Shown here: piece by piece, positions 56,177 to 64,000 of the stretch
Numbering within the stretch: the first letter of the stretch is position 1
Layout: each line of letters starts with the position of its first letter
NCBI GenBank assembly: GCA_040219255.1
Contig: JAVJSW010000039.1
Span: 1-64,000 of the forward strand
Direction of reading: 5' to 3'
Source of the DNA: Sumerlaeia bacterium
GTDB taxonomy: Bacteria; Sumerlaeota; Sumerlaeia; SLMS01; JAHLLQ01
DNA length: 64,000 nt
Position numbers and translations under genes: made by a program
The notes under the pieces: generated by a model
Seen by the model: only the letters and a program-made list of their open reading frames with translations
Told to the model about the DNA's origin: nothing
Database searches by the model: none

Positions 56177-58479
56177 GGGGCGAGCGCGCCTCCCTTTGCC
56201 GTGGAAACTTGCAGGGAGAGAAGGGTGAGGGGCTGGGCTTCGCGGCGCGAGGAGAAACCGAACATCTCGAAGGCGAAGGCGTAGTCGGGGTCGCTGATGC
56301 CGGCGGGGATGACGTAGTACATGTCGTAGTCGCGGCCGGCGGCGTCGGGCCCGAGATCGGCCCAGGGCCCTGGGCCGGGATCGATGAGGAGGGTTTCGGT
56401 GTGCTCGAAGGACTGGTTGCTGGCGCGAAGGCGGACGGCGGTGGCGTCGGCGGGGATGGTGGCTTCGGTGGAAATGGTCCATCGCAGGCGAACCACGTCG
56501 CCGGGAGCGAAGCCTTCGAGGAAGGGGCTGACCCAGCCGCCGAAGCAATTGGGGGCGCCCTGCTCGGTCATGGAGAGGCCTTCCTTGGCGAGGTCGAAGT
56601 CGAAATCGGGGGCGGCGAAGCCGGGGGTGGCGTTGAAGGAGGTCCAGCCCTCCTCGTTCACGTCGAAGGTGTAGGTGCGCAGTTCGGTGAAGCGGGCGTC
56701 GTAGGCGGTCTTGTCGACAAGGGTGGCTTCCCATTGCTCCCAGTCGATGGGGGTGGAGAGGAAGACGCGGCCGGAGCTGCTGAACTTGAGCATGTCGAGG
56801 GCGGTGCGGAAGGCGGCGGGGGTGTCGGTGGCGTCGGTGCGCAGGCCTCCGCCGAGGAAGTCGGTGACGATATAGTAGTCGGCGCCAGCGGCCGGGGGCA
56901 TGGCGGAGCCGATGCTGCGGGGCTGGATGGCGGAGGTGGCGACGACGCGGCTCTCGGCGTTGAGGCGCATGCGCATTTCGGGGGCCAGCAGGGCATTGTC
57001 GCCGCGGCTGGAGAGGCGATACCGGACGATGGCGACGGAGTCTTCGGGCTGAGTGACGGGCCGGTCCTTTTGCTCGACGAAGCCGAAGAGGTTGGGCTGC
57101 TCGCCGTAGAATCGGAAGCCGTGGGCCAGAGTATCGACGGCGATCGGACCGAAGGAGCCGGAGTCCTGGATGACGACCCATTCGCTCAGGTCCGGGCCCA
57201 TGGTGGTTTTGAAGGTGTTGCGGCCTTCGACGGCGCCGAGGTCCTGGAGGGGGCCCTGGACGCGGGCATGGCCGCGCACATCCACGGGGAGTTGATTGGC
57301 GGGCGGCTGGACCACATCGCGGGCGGGCGAGTCGGCCTGGAGGCGGAAGTCTTCGGCGGCGCGGTCCTGGAAGCTGGGCGTGGTGAAGAGGTTGTCAGCG
57401 ACGGTGCCGAGGTTCATCATCTCGCTGGTGAACTCGTCCTGGGAATTGAGATTGATGGCGTCGTTTTCCCGGTAGGCGGCAACGGTATTGCCCCAGAAGA
57501 GGTTGTCGGTGACTTCGCCGCCGGGGGTGCCGGTGCCGAGTTCGGCGGCGCCGTAGGACGCGTTGTAGGCGAGGATGTTGCGCTGGAGCGCGGGTGCCGC
57601 CAGCGTCATGGCGACGCCCGATGCGCGGTTGCGGGCGATGGTGTTGCCCTGGAGTTGGGCGATGCTGTTGGTGATGTCGACGCCGACGTTGTTCAGGGTG
57701 ATCATGTTGCCCTGGAGTACCGGTGAAGAGCGGTTGATCTGGACGCCGTTGCCGGTGTTGCGGCTGATCAGGTTGTTGCGGATCAGGCCGGTGGATTCGT
57801 TGAACATGCCGAGGGCTGTGCTGTCGCCTTCGACGAGGCGGCTTTGCTCGAGCATGAGGACCGCGTTGTCGCGGGTGGTGATGGCGCGGCCGTCGAGGTC
57901 GTCGAAGGTACACTCGGTGACGGTGGCCATGGCCTGGCCCTGGACTTCGACGCCGCCGATGCCGTCGGTGAAGCGGCAGCGATGGACTTCGGCCTCGGCG
58001 GTGCCGCGGATCAGGATCGCGGCGCCCTGGTTGGCTTCGAAGTCGCAGTTTTCGAGGCGGGCGCCATCGAGCAGTTCGGCGGTGTAGAAGCCGCCGGAGA
58101 AGGTGAGGTAGCGCAGGGTGGCGCTGGGGGCGATGGTGGCGCCGGGAATGGGCAGGCCAAGGTTATCGCTCTTGTCGGGCAGCAGGAGGCGCGAGGCGCC
58201 GGCGTTGCTGAGGAAATCGTCGGGGCGGAAGCCGCCGACGACCTCGACGTTGGCGAAGGTGAGGGGCTCGGCGACGGGGTAATCTCCGGTGGCGAGGAGG
58301 ACGGTCTCGGGGTCCGTGGAGAGCGCGTGGGCGATGGTGGCGAAGGGGGCTTCCTGGGTGCCGGGGTTGGCGTCGCTGCCGGTGGAGACGGAGACGTAGA
58401 CGGTCTGGGCGGCGGCGAGGGAAATGAGCGCAGAGAAGCAGGCGGCGAGAAAGGCAGAGAGAAGCGGCGAGCGCGGCAC
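56173..58479 (-). CDS. Secreted DUF1565/right-handed beta-helix protein
   Basis: VYVS..TGSDANPGT..APFATIAHAL; Asn-ladder repeats; DFRLQADSPARD..DLGAVE; two C-terminal beta-sandwich repeats. Confidence 0.85.
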   Translation of the reverse strand: MPRSPLLSAFLAACFSALISLAAAQTVYVSVSTGSDANPGTQEAPFATIAHALSTDPETVLLATGDYPVAEPLTFANVEVVGGFRPDDFLSNAGASRLLLPDKSDNLGLPIPGATIAPSATLRYLTFSGGFYTAELLDGARLENCDFEANQGAAILIRGTAEAEVHRCRFTDGIGGVEVQGQAMATVTECTFDDLDGRAITTRDNAVLMLEQSRLVEGDSTALGMFNESTGLIRNNLISRNTGNGVQINRSSPVLQGNMITLNNVGVDITNSIAQLQGNTIARNRASGVAMTLAAPALQRNILAYNASYGAAELGTGTPGGEVTDNLFWGNTVAAYRENDAINLNSQDEFTSEMMNLGTVADNLFTTPSFQDRAAEDFRLQADSPARDVVQPPANQLPVDVRGHARVQGPLQDLGAVEGRNTFKTTMGPDLSEWVVIQDSGSFGPIAVDTLAHGFRFYGEQPNLFGFVEQKDRPVTQPEDSVAIVRYRLSSRGDNALLAPEMRMRLNAESRVVATSAIQPRSIGSAMPPAAGADYYIVTDFLGGGLRTDATDTPAAFRTALDMLKFSSSGRVFLSTPIDWEQWEATLVDKTAYDARFTELRTYTFDVNEEGWTSFNATPGFAAPDFDFDLAKEGLSMTEQGAPNCFGGWVSPFLEGFAPGDVVRLRWTISTEATIPADATAVRLRASNQSFEHTETLLIDPGPGPWADLGPDAAGRDYDMYYVIPAGISDPDYAFAFEMFGFSSRREAQPLTLLSLQVSTAKGGALAP

Positions 58480-58618
58480 GATGTCAGGGTCCTTGCGGGT
58501 TCAACAGCGGAAATAAAGAAAAGTCCGGTTGGCAAGTGTGGAACGCGGACGGGGAAGCGTCACGCCGGAGGCGTGGGCTGTCAACGGCATGCTGGGCGGT
58601 GTGGTGGGCAGGATGACT

Positions 58619-58902
58619 TTACCACGGAGACGCGGAGGCACGGAGGTGTGGCTGGCGAGACATTGAGGTTCCTGGCTCCATTTGACGAATAAAGCCGCAG
58701 ATGGCCTCTTGTTCCAGGCGCCCTGGATTTGCCTTCGCGGAGAGTTTCACATCGCGTCCGCTATTCGTTTCCACACAAAGGGGAAAAACGGTTCTGAGAC
58801 ACCCATAGAGACCCAGGAAACCCAAGAGTTCCAAACATCTGCGTTTATCACGTTATCAGCCGCAAATTCTTCTTTCTCCGTGCCTTCGTGTCTCCGTGGT
58901 AA
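58619..58902. mobile_element. 284 bp non-coding element bounded by 27 bp inverted repeats (MITE/REP-like)
   Basis: TTACCACGGAGACGCGGAGGCACGGAG (58619-58645) versus the reverse complement of 58876-58902, TTACCACGGAGACACGAAGGCACGGAG: 25/27 match. Mobility is inferred. Confidence 0.6.
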
Positions 58903-58920
58903 TTTCCTTTTTGGAAAGAG

Positions 58921-60075
58921 CTACTCCGCGCCGACGGCTTCGGCGGGTGCTTCTTCCGGGGCGGGGGCTGAGTCTCCGCCTGTATCCTCGCCGCCTTCCA
59001 CTTCGGCGGGCAGTTGCAGGGGCACGTCGACTTCGACGGCGGGGGCGGTTTGCTCGATCTGGCGCAGGCGGGCTTCGACGTCGATGGGGCTGAAATCGGT
59101 GGAGACTTCACCGATGGATTTCAGGTACTTGAAGTAATCGCTGTCGGTGCCGATGACGAGGGTGCTCTGGCCGGTGATGGACTTGCCATAGCTTTCGATG
59201 GTGCGCAGGAAGGAGTAGAATTCCGGGTCGGCGCTGTAGGCTTCGGCGTAGATGCGGGTGGCGTCGGCGTCGGCGCGGCCGCGGACGATTTCGGCTTTGC
59301 GCTGGGCTTCCGAGCGCACGGCCTGGAGTTGCTTGGCGGTGCCGCCGCGGATTTCCGCGCTGCGGCCTTCGCCTTCGCTGCGGAACTGGGCGGCGATGCG
59401 CTGGCGTTCGGAAATCATGCGGTCGTAAACGCGCTGTTGCACGTCGCGGACGTAATTGAGGCGCTTGATGCGGACGTCCACCAGTTCGATGCCGAGTTGC
59501 TGCTGTGTGGTGGCGGAGGCGCGTTCGAGAATGCGGCGGGTGAGGCCTTCGCGGCCGACGATGATGGGGCGGTTGAGGCTTTGCTCGTCCTGATCGTCGA
59601 ACATGGGTTCGTTGCCGATGTCCTCGGGGGCGCCTTCCCAGGTGCTGGAGCGGACGATCTCAACGAGTTCGAGGCTGGAGACTTCGTCGCGGACGGCGGA
59701 GTCGAGGATGTCGTCGAGGCGCGACATGGCGCCAGCTTCATCGCGCACCGATTCGAGGAATTTCTGCGGGTCCACGATGCGCCAGCGGGCCGTGGTATCG
59801 ACGTAGATGAATTCGCGGCCTTTGGTGGGGATTTCGTTGGGGTCGCCATCCCAGGCGATGAGGCGCTTGTCGTAACGCACGACATCCTGTATGAAGGGGA
59901 TTTTGAAGTGAAGGCCGGGGTCCTTGACGACGCGCATGGGCTCGCCGAACTGGAGGACGACCGCCTGCTCGGCTTCGTTGGTGATGTAGGCCGAGGCCGA
60001 GAGGACGATCAGGGCGATGAAACCCACGATGAGCGCGGCGATGGAACTTTGGATGGTCGATTTTCGAAACGTCAT
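58921..60075 (-). CDS. hflC: FtsH modulator HflC
   Basis: VVLQFGEP..PGLHFKIPFIQ, ARWRI.DP..F, VDVRIKR, VYDRMISER, DPEFYSFLR. Confidence 0.95.
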   Translation of the reverse strand: MTFRKSTIQSSIAALIVGFIALIVLSASAYITNEAEQAVVLQFGEPMRVVKDPGLHFKIPFIQDVVRYDKRLIAWDGDPNEIPTKGREFIYVDTTARWRIVDPQKFLESVRDEAGAMSRLDDILDSAVRDEVSSLELVEIVRSSTWEGAPEDIGNEPMFDDQDEQSLNRPIIVGREGLTRRILERASATTQQQLGIELVDVRIKRLNYVRDVQQRVYDRMISERQRIAAQFRSEGEGRSAEIRGGTAKQLQAVRSEAQRKAEIVRGRADADATRIYAEAYSADPEFYSFLRTIESYGKSITGQSTLVIGTDSDYFKYLKSIGEVSTDFSPIDVEARLRQIEQTAPAVEVDVPLQLPAEVEGGEDTGGDSAPAPEEAPAEAVGAE

Positions 60076-60135
60076 GATGCGATTTTCCGTAAGCGTTGGG
60101 AGGAGAGGCTTTGGCTGGGAACGGACAAAGGGGGC

Positions 60136-61185
60136 TTACTGGCCGCCACGCTGGGTGCCGGGGGCGAAGGGCGAGCCGCCAGCCCCGCCCTGGGTGCCGA
60201 GTTGGAGCAAGGGCAGCGGCTGGTTCTGGCCCGGTTCGATGACGAAGATCTGGCCGACGTTCGGCAGCGTTTCGTCGAGCGTTTCGAGGTACAATCGGCG
60301 GCGGGTGACTTCCGGGGCCAACTGGTACTCCTTGAGGATGGAGAGGAAACGAGCCGCCTCGCCTTTGGAGCGATTGACGCGTTCGAGGGCGTAGCCTTCG
60401 GCCTCGGCGATGATTTGGGCCGCCTCGCCCTGGGCGCGGGGGATGATCTGGTTGCGCTCGCGCTCGGCTTCGTTGATGAGGCGTTCGCGTTCCTGACGCG
60501 CTTTGTTCACTTCGTTGAAAGACGGCCGCACCGGCTTGGGCGGATTGACGTCCTGCAATTCGACGCGGACGATATGAATGCCGCTTTCGTAGCTATTGAG
60601 GATTTCCTGGATTTCGCGCTGGACGGTGCTGGCGATTTCCGTGCGGCCTTCGGTGATGACGTCGCTGCCGAGGCGATTGCCCACGACCTGGCGCATGACG
60701 CTTTCGGAAACGTCGCGCAGTGTGGCGACGGGTTCTTCGAGGGATTTGAAGAGGTATTGCTCGGGGTCGGCGATCTGGTACTGGACGACCCACTCGACGT
60801 CGGTGACGTTGAGGTCGGCGGTCAGCATGAGGGACTCGTCGTCGAATTCGTCGTCGGCGTATTGTGTGCGCCGGGCGGCGGCCACGGTACGGAAGCCAAA
60901 CTCTTCCTTGAGAATGGTCTGGGTTTCCGCGAACTCGACCGTTTCGATGCCGAGAGGCAGTTTGAAATGCAGGCCCGGGCCGGTGATGCGGTCGACCTTG
61001 CCAAAGCGCAGGACCACGCCGCTTTGCTGAGCCTCGACGGTGTAGGCCGCGCTGAGGATTGCGCCGACGATGAGGAAAAAGAACACGATGCCGAAGAGGA
61101 TCGGTAGTTTCCGCACGAGGCTTTGAAGCTGGGCTTTGAGTTCTTCCGCCGGGTTGCCGGAGGGGTCTTCGAAAGACGATGCCAT
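60136..61185 (-). CDS. hflK: FtsH modulator HflK
   Basis: GVVLRFGK..PGLHFKLP, MLTADLN..DVEWVVQY, DVNPP..V..SFNEV, APEVTRRRLYLET; RBS GGGGAG before ATG 61185. Confidence 0.95.
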   Translation of the reverse strand: MASSFEDPSGNPAEELKAQLQSLVRKLPILFGIVFFFLIVGAILSAAYTVEAQQSGVVLRFGKVDRITGPGLHFKLPLGIETVEFAETQTILKEEFGFRTVAAARRTQYADDEFDDESLMLTADLNVTDVEWVVQYQIADPEQYLFKSLEEPVATLRDVSESVMRQVVGNRLGSDVITEGRTEIASTVQREIQEILNSYESGIHIVRVELQDVNPPKPVRPSFNEVNKARQERERLINEAERERNQIIPRAQGEAAQIIAEAEGYALERVNRSKGEAARFLSILKEYQLAPEVTRRRLYLETLDETLPNVGQIFVIEPGQNQPLPLLQLGTQGGAGGSPFAPGTQRGGQ

Positions 61186-61386
61186 GGGTGTCTCCCCTTG
61201 TGAGGTCGCCAGATGTGGCGGAATACCTTCGATGGAAGGTACCCGCCTATTCAAAAGAGGCCCCGAAAATCGAACGGGGCGCAAGGAATGCCGGGTAGAA
61301 ATCGCACTCTTCGATTGAAGCACCGCACCCGGCGGGGTTCAGGTTCGTAAGTACCAAGACCGTGCCAAGGATTCGGATACGAGACG

Positions 61387-62076
61387 ATGTGCGGACGTTA
61401 TACGACGAACCTGGATATCCCAGCGCTGGAGCGGTTTTTGGCCGGATTGCAGGCCGAGCCGGTGGCGGAGGAGGAGCGGCTGAATGTCTCGCCGACCCAG
61501 GTGGTGGCCGCGGTGCGTCAGGAAGACCCAGCGGGCCCGCCGATCCTGGGGCCGATGGTGTGGGGACTGATCCCGAGTTGGGCCAAGGACCGCTCTATCG
61601 GCAGCAAACTGATCAATGCGCGGGGGGAAACGGTGGCGGAAAAGCCGAGTTTCCGAAGCGCCTTCGCCCGGCGGCGCTGTCTGATACCCGCCACCGGGTT
61701 TTATGAATGGGGTGTGCCCGAGGGATTTTCGCGAAAAATGCCGGTGTGGTTTCATTGGCCGGGCGAGGCGGTGTTGGCGATGGGCGGGCTCTGGGAGCGA
61801 TGGACCGACCGGGCGACGGGCGAGGTGCTGACCACATGCACCATCGTCACCGTCGGCGCGAACGAATTGGTGAAACCGATCCACGAGCGCATGCCGGTGC
61901 TCCTGGCGCCGGAGGATTGGGCGCGGTGGCTGGACCCGGGCGAGAAGTCGCCGATGGACCTGGTGCGGCCGTTTCCCGCGGGCCGTATGCAGGCCCGCGT
62001 GGTCGGGCGAGAGGTCAACAATCCGCGCAATCAGCAGGGCGACTTGCTAGGCGAGGTGATGCCGGAGGGCGAATAG
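61387..62076 (+). CDS. SRAP (YedK/HMCES) abasic-site processing protein
   Basis: MCGRY, NVSPTQ, WGLIPSW, INARGET, RCLIPATGFYEW, IHERMPV, VNN.RN. Confidence 0.95.
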   Translation: MCGRYTTNLDIPALERFLAGLQAEPVAEEERLNVSPTQVVAAVRQEDPAGPPILGPMVWGLIPSWAKDRSIGSKLINARGETVAEKPSFRSAFARRRCLIPATGFYEWGVPEGFSRKMPVWFHWPGEAVLAMGGLWERWTDRATGEVLTTCTIVTVGANELVKPIHERMPVLLAPEDWARWLDPGEKSPMDLVRPFPAGRMQARVVGREVNNPRNQQGDLLGEVMPEGE

Positions 62077-62185
62077 TGGTGTGCGGGAGCAAAGTTCCCT
62101 GTTGTTCCCGAGGTGGCGGATTTGATGGTGTGCCATGGGCCGCGGGCAGACGCCTGCCGAGCCAATCCGCCGGCCGGTGAGTTCG

Positions 62186-63028
62186 ATGCTGACATGCTGT
62201 CTGCGATTTGACGTCGATACGATCACCTGTATCGAGACCGGCATGCCGAACCTCCTGGCGTTCGCGGAGGAATACCGTATTCCCATGACATTCTATTGCA
62301 ATATGGGACGGGCGGTTTCTTATGTGGCGTTGGCGCGGAAGCGATTTCGAAACGCGGGCGGTCACGAAAAAGCAATTCTTGCGAAGCTGTCTCCCAAAGC
62401 CAAGATGGGGAACCGCGATTACCTGAGAACCTCTTTGCTCAATCCTGTTGTGGGGTCAGCGCATGGTGCGATTTTACAGGAGGCGGCAAGACACGGCCAT
62501 GAATTGGGTTTGCACGGGGGACGCAACCATGGTTCCTGGCATCATGAGGCGCATTTGTGGACAGAGGAAAGAGTGCGGACGGAAGTCGCGTGGGGGCTTG
62601 AACGATTTGACGCGATGGGATTGGAAAAGCCGGTAGGGTTCGCATCGCCGGGGTGGAATTCGCCGGAGGGGCTGGGTCGCATTCTTGGAGGTTTGGGCTT
62701 TGGCTATATGGCGGATGATTATGGCCAAGGGGATTTTTGCGAGACGAAAGCGACTATCCGATGCGTTCGGACTCAATTGACGGGAGAAGGAGGTGTGGGG
62801 TTCTTCGAGTCGCTTGCGGCACGAGGGCTTGATTCCGGAACGGGGGAACAGGCGATGAAAGGGGCTTTCGAATCGGCGGCGGCATGTGATAAGAGTGTTT
62901 GCGTTTACGATCATCCGTGCTTCGCGGGGCGCGAGGGATTGGGCATGTTGAAGGGTTTCGTGGAGCATTTGAAGCGGCGGCCGGTTCGCTTTGCGACGGT
63001 CCGGGGAGCGATGGGAACGGACGCATGA
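62186..63028 (+). CDS. Polysaccharide deacetylase-like protein
   Basis: RFDVD, TFY, HELGLHG, GFASPGW, YDHP. Confidence 0.75.
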   Translation: MLTCCLRFDVDTITCIETGMPNLLAFAEEYRIPMTFYCNMGRAVSYVALARKRFRNAGGHEKAILAKLSPKAKMGNRDYLRTSLLNPVVGSAHGAILQEAARHGHELGLHGGRNHGSWHHEAHLWTEERVRTEVAWGLERFDAMGLEKPVGFASPGWNSPEGLGRILGGLGFGYMADDYGQGDFCETKATIRCVRTQLTGEGGVGFFESLAARGLDSGTGEQAMKGAFESAAACDKSVCVYDHPCFAGREGLGMLKGFVEHLKRRPVRFATVRGAMGTDA

Positions 63029-63936
63029 ACAGGAACTGGAGCGATCTCTGCTTGCGCGGAAAAGAGATGGCGAAGAGCCGGACGGGGCAGACGCTTCTGT
63101 TCTTGCTGGCGGCGGGGCTTTTTCTTTATGGAATTGTGCTATCGATTCGCCGCCGGCCGGATTTGCTGCTGGGTCTGGACTGGCTGTATCTTCTGGCGGT
63201 CGTGATGATTCTCATTCCAGCCACGCTGCTTCTGTTGGCGTACAAGTTTATTTTTCTGGTGCGGTATCTGGGGGCGGACATTTCATTTCTAGACGCTTTC
63301 CGCACGGTCGTGATGGGGGCGGCGGGAAATCTCTTGCCGGTTCCCGGGGGGCTGATGGTCCGTGTCGCCGTCCTCAGGTCGAAGGGAATCCCCATTGGCA
63401 AGAGCGTCGCTATCAACATCGATTTGACAATCTTTTGGATTGGATGCGCGCTGTTGCTTTCGTCCGTTGGAGCCTTCTTTCAGCAAAAGGCGGGTTTTGG
63501 ATTTGGATTTCTGGGAGGCGGCTTGCTTGTCTTGGGTATCGCCGCAGGTTTGATTTATCGCAAGACAAAGTCGCGGGAATCCCTTTGGGTCTTTTTTGGA
63601 CTTCAGTTCGCGGGCAGTTTGATCGACAGCCTGCGCGTGTGGGTTTGTATGCTTTCCATGGAGAGGGCGACTTCGCTTTCTTCGGTATTCGGATTGTCAC
63701 TCGCATCGGTTTCGGGTTCTCTGGCGACTGTCGTTCCGGCGGGTCTGGGGGTGCGCGAGTGGGTGGCGGCATTTCTCGCCCCGGTCTTTCAATTGCCGCC
63801 CGAGTCGGCCTATCTGGGAACGGCGCTGAATCGATTTCTGTCGTTGGGCGTCGTCTTTCTCATCTCGCTTTTCTTTCTCGTTCAGGCCCGTTCGAAGAGA
63901 AAAGAAGTCAAGGAGAGGGAACATGACTTGGAGTGA
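63025..63936 (+). CDS. LPG-synthase TM / flippase-like membrane protein
   Basis: Multi-TM; GNLLPVPGG..R, VPAGLGVRE; ATGA overlap with the preceding gene. Confidence 0.8.
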   Translation: MNRNWSDLCLRGKEMAKSRTGQTLLFLLAAGLFLYGIVLSIRRRPDLLLGLDWLYLLAVVMILIPATLLLLAYKFIFLVRYLGADISFLDAFRTVVMGAAGNLLPVPGGLMVRVAVLRSKGIPIGKSVAINIDLTIFWIGCALLLSSVGAFFQQKAGFGFGFLGGGLLVLGIAAGLIYRKTKSRESLWVFFGLQFAGSLIDSLRVWVCMLSMERATSLSSVFGLSLASVSGSLATVVPAGLGVREWVAAFLAPVFQLPPESAYLGTALNRFLSLGVVFLISLFFLVQARSKRKEVKEREHDLE

Positions 63937-64000
63937 CGCTCTATTTCTCGTTGGTGCCCCCCGCTCGGGAACATCGCTCTTGCAGCAGGTCCTGCGCGAA
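63923..64000 (+). CDS. Sulfotransferase, 5' fragment (runs off the right edge)
   Basis: Not in the ORF track. MTWSDALFLVGAPRSGTSLLQQVLRE contains the PAPS-binding GxxRSGT loop; RBS AGGAGAGG. Confidence 0.8.
   Translation, partial: MTWSDALFLVGAPRSGTSLLQQVLRE

Overview
GC-rich bacterial chromosomal window with about 45 genes. I found no rRNA, tRNA, CRISPR array or transposase. Gene content and a Trp-containing C-terminal tail on secreted proteins suggest Candidatus Sumerlaeota (BRC1); this is an inference from memory and was not checked. Recognisable housekeeping blocks: crtI-crtB, pilB-pilC-X-dprA, aguB/aguA, queA, a type I phosphomannose isomerase, a YpdA-like reductase, yebC, an XPB helicase with its WYL-containing partner, maf, hflK-hflC, a SRAP/YedK gene, and the start of a lower-GC sulfated-glycan locus at the right edge. 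Most interesting observations: (1) a ~1.0 kb tandem duplication inside the aguB-aguA operon carrying two diverged Panacea-antitoxin plus small RelE-like toxin cassettes whose ends are nearly identical; (2) a translationally coupled two-gene module (small putative RNase toxin plus an ImmA/IrrE-like protein lacking HExxH) that could be a TA or defence system; (3) a shared C-terminal S/N-x-V/I-x-x-W motif on unrelated secreted proteins, a candidate sorting signal; (4) non-coding elements with 9-bp periodicity, including a ~105 bp element present twice 21 kb apart and a 284 bp element bounded by 27 bp inverted repeats; (5) unusual fusions (Hel308-like helicase with a winged helix; pseudokinase-TM-GspG-like). 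All family calls come from motifs recognised by eye; no searches were run.
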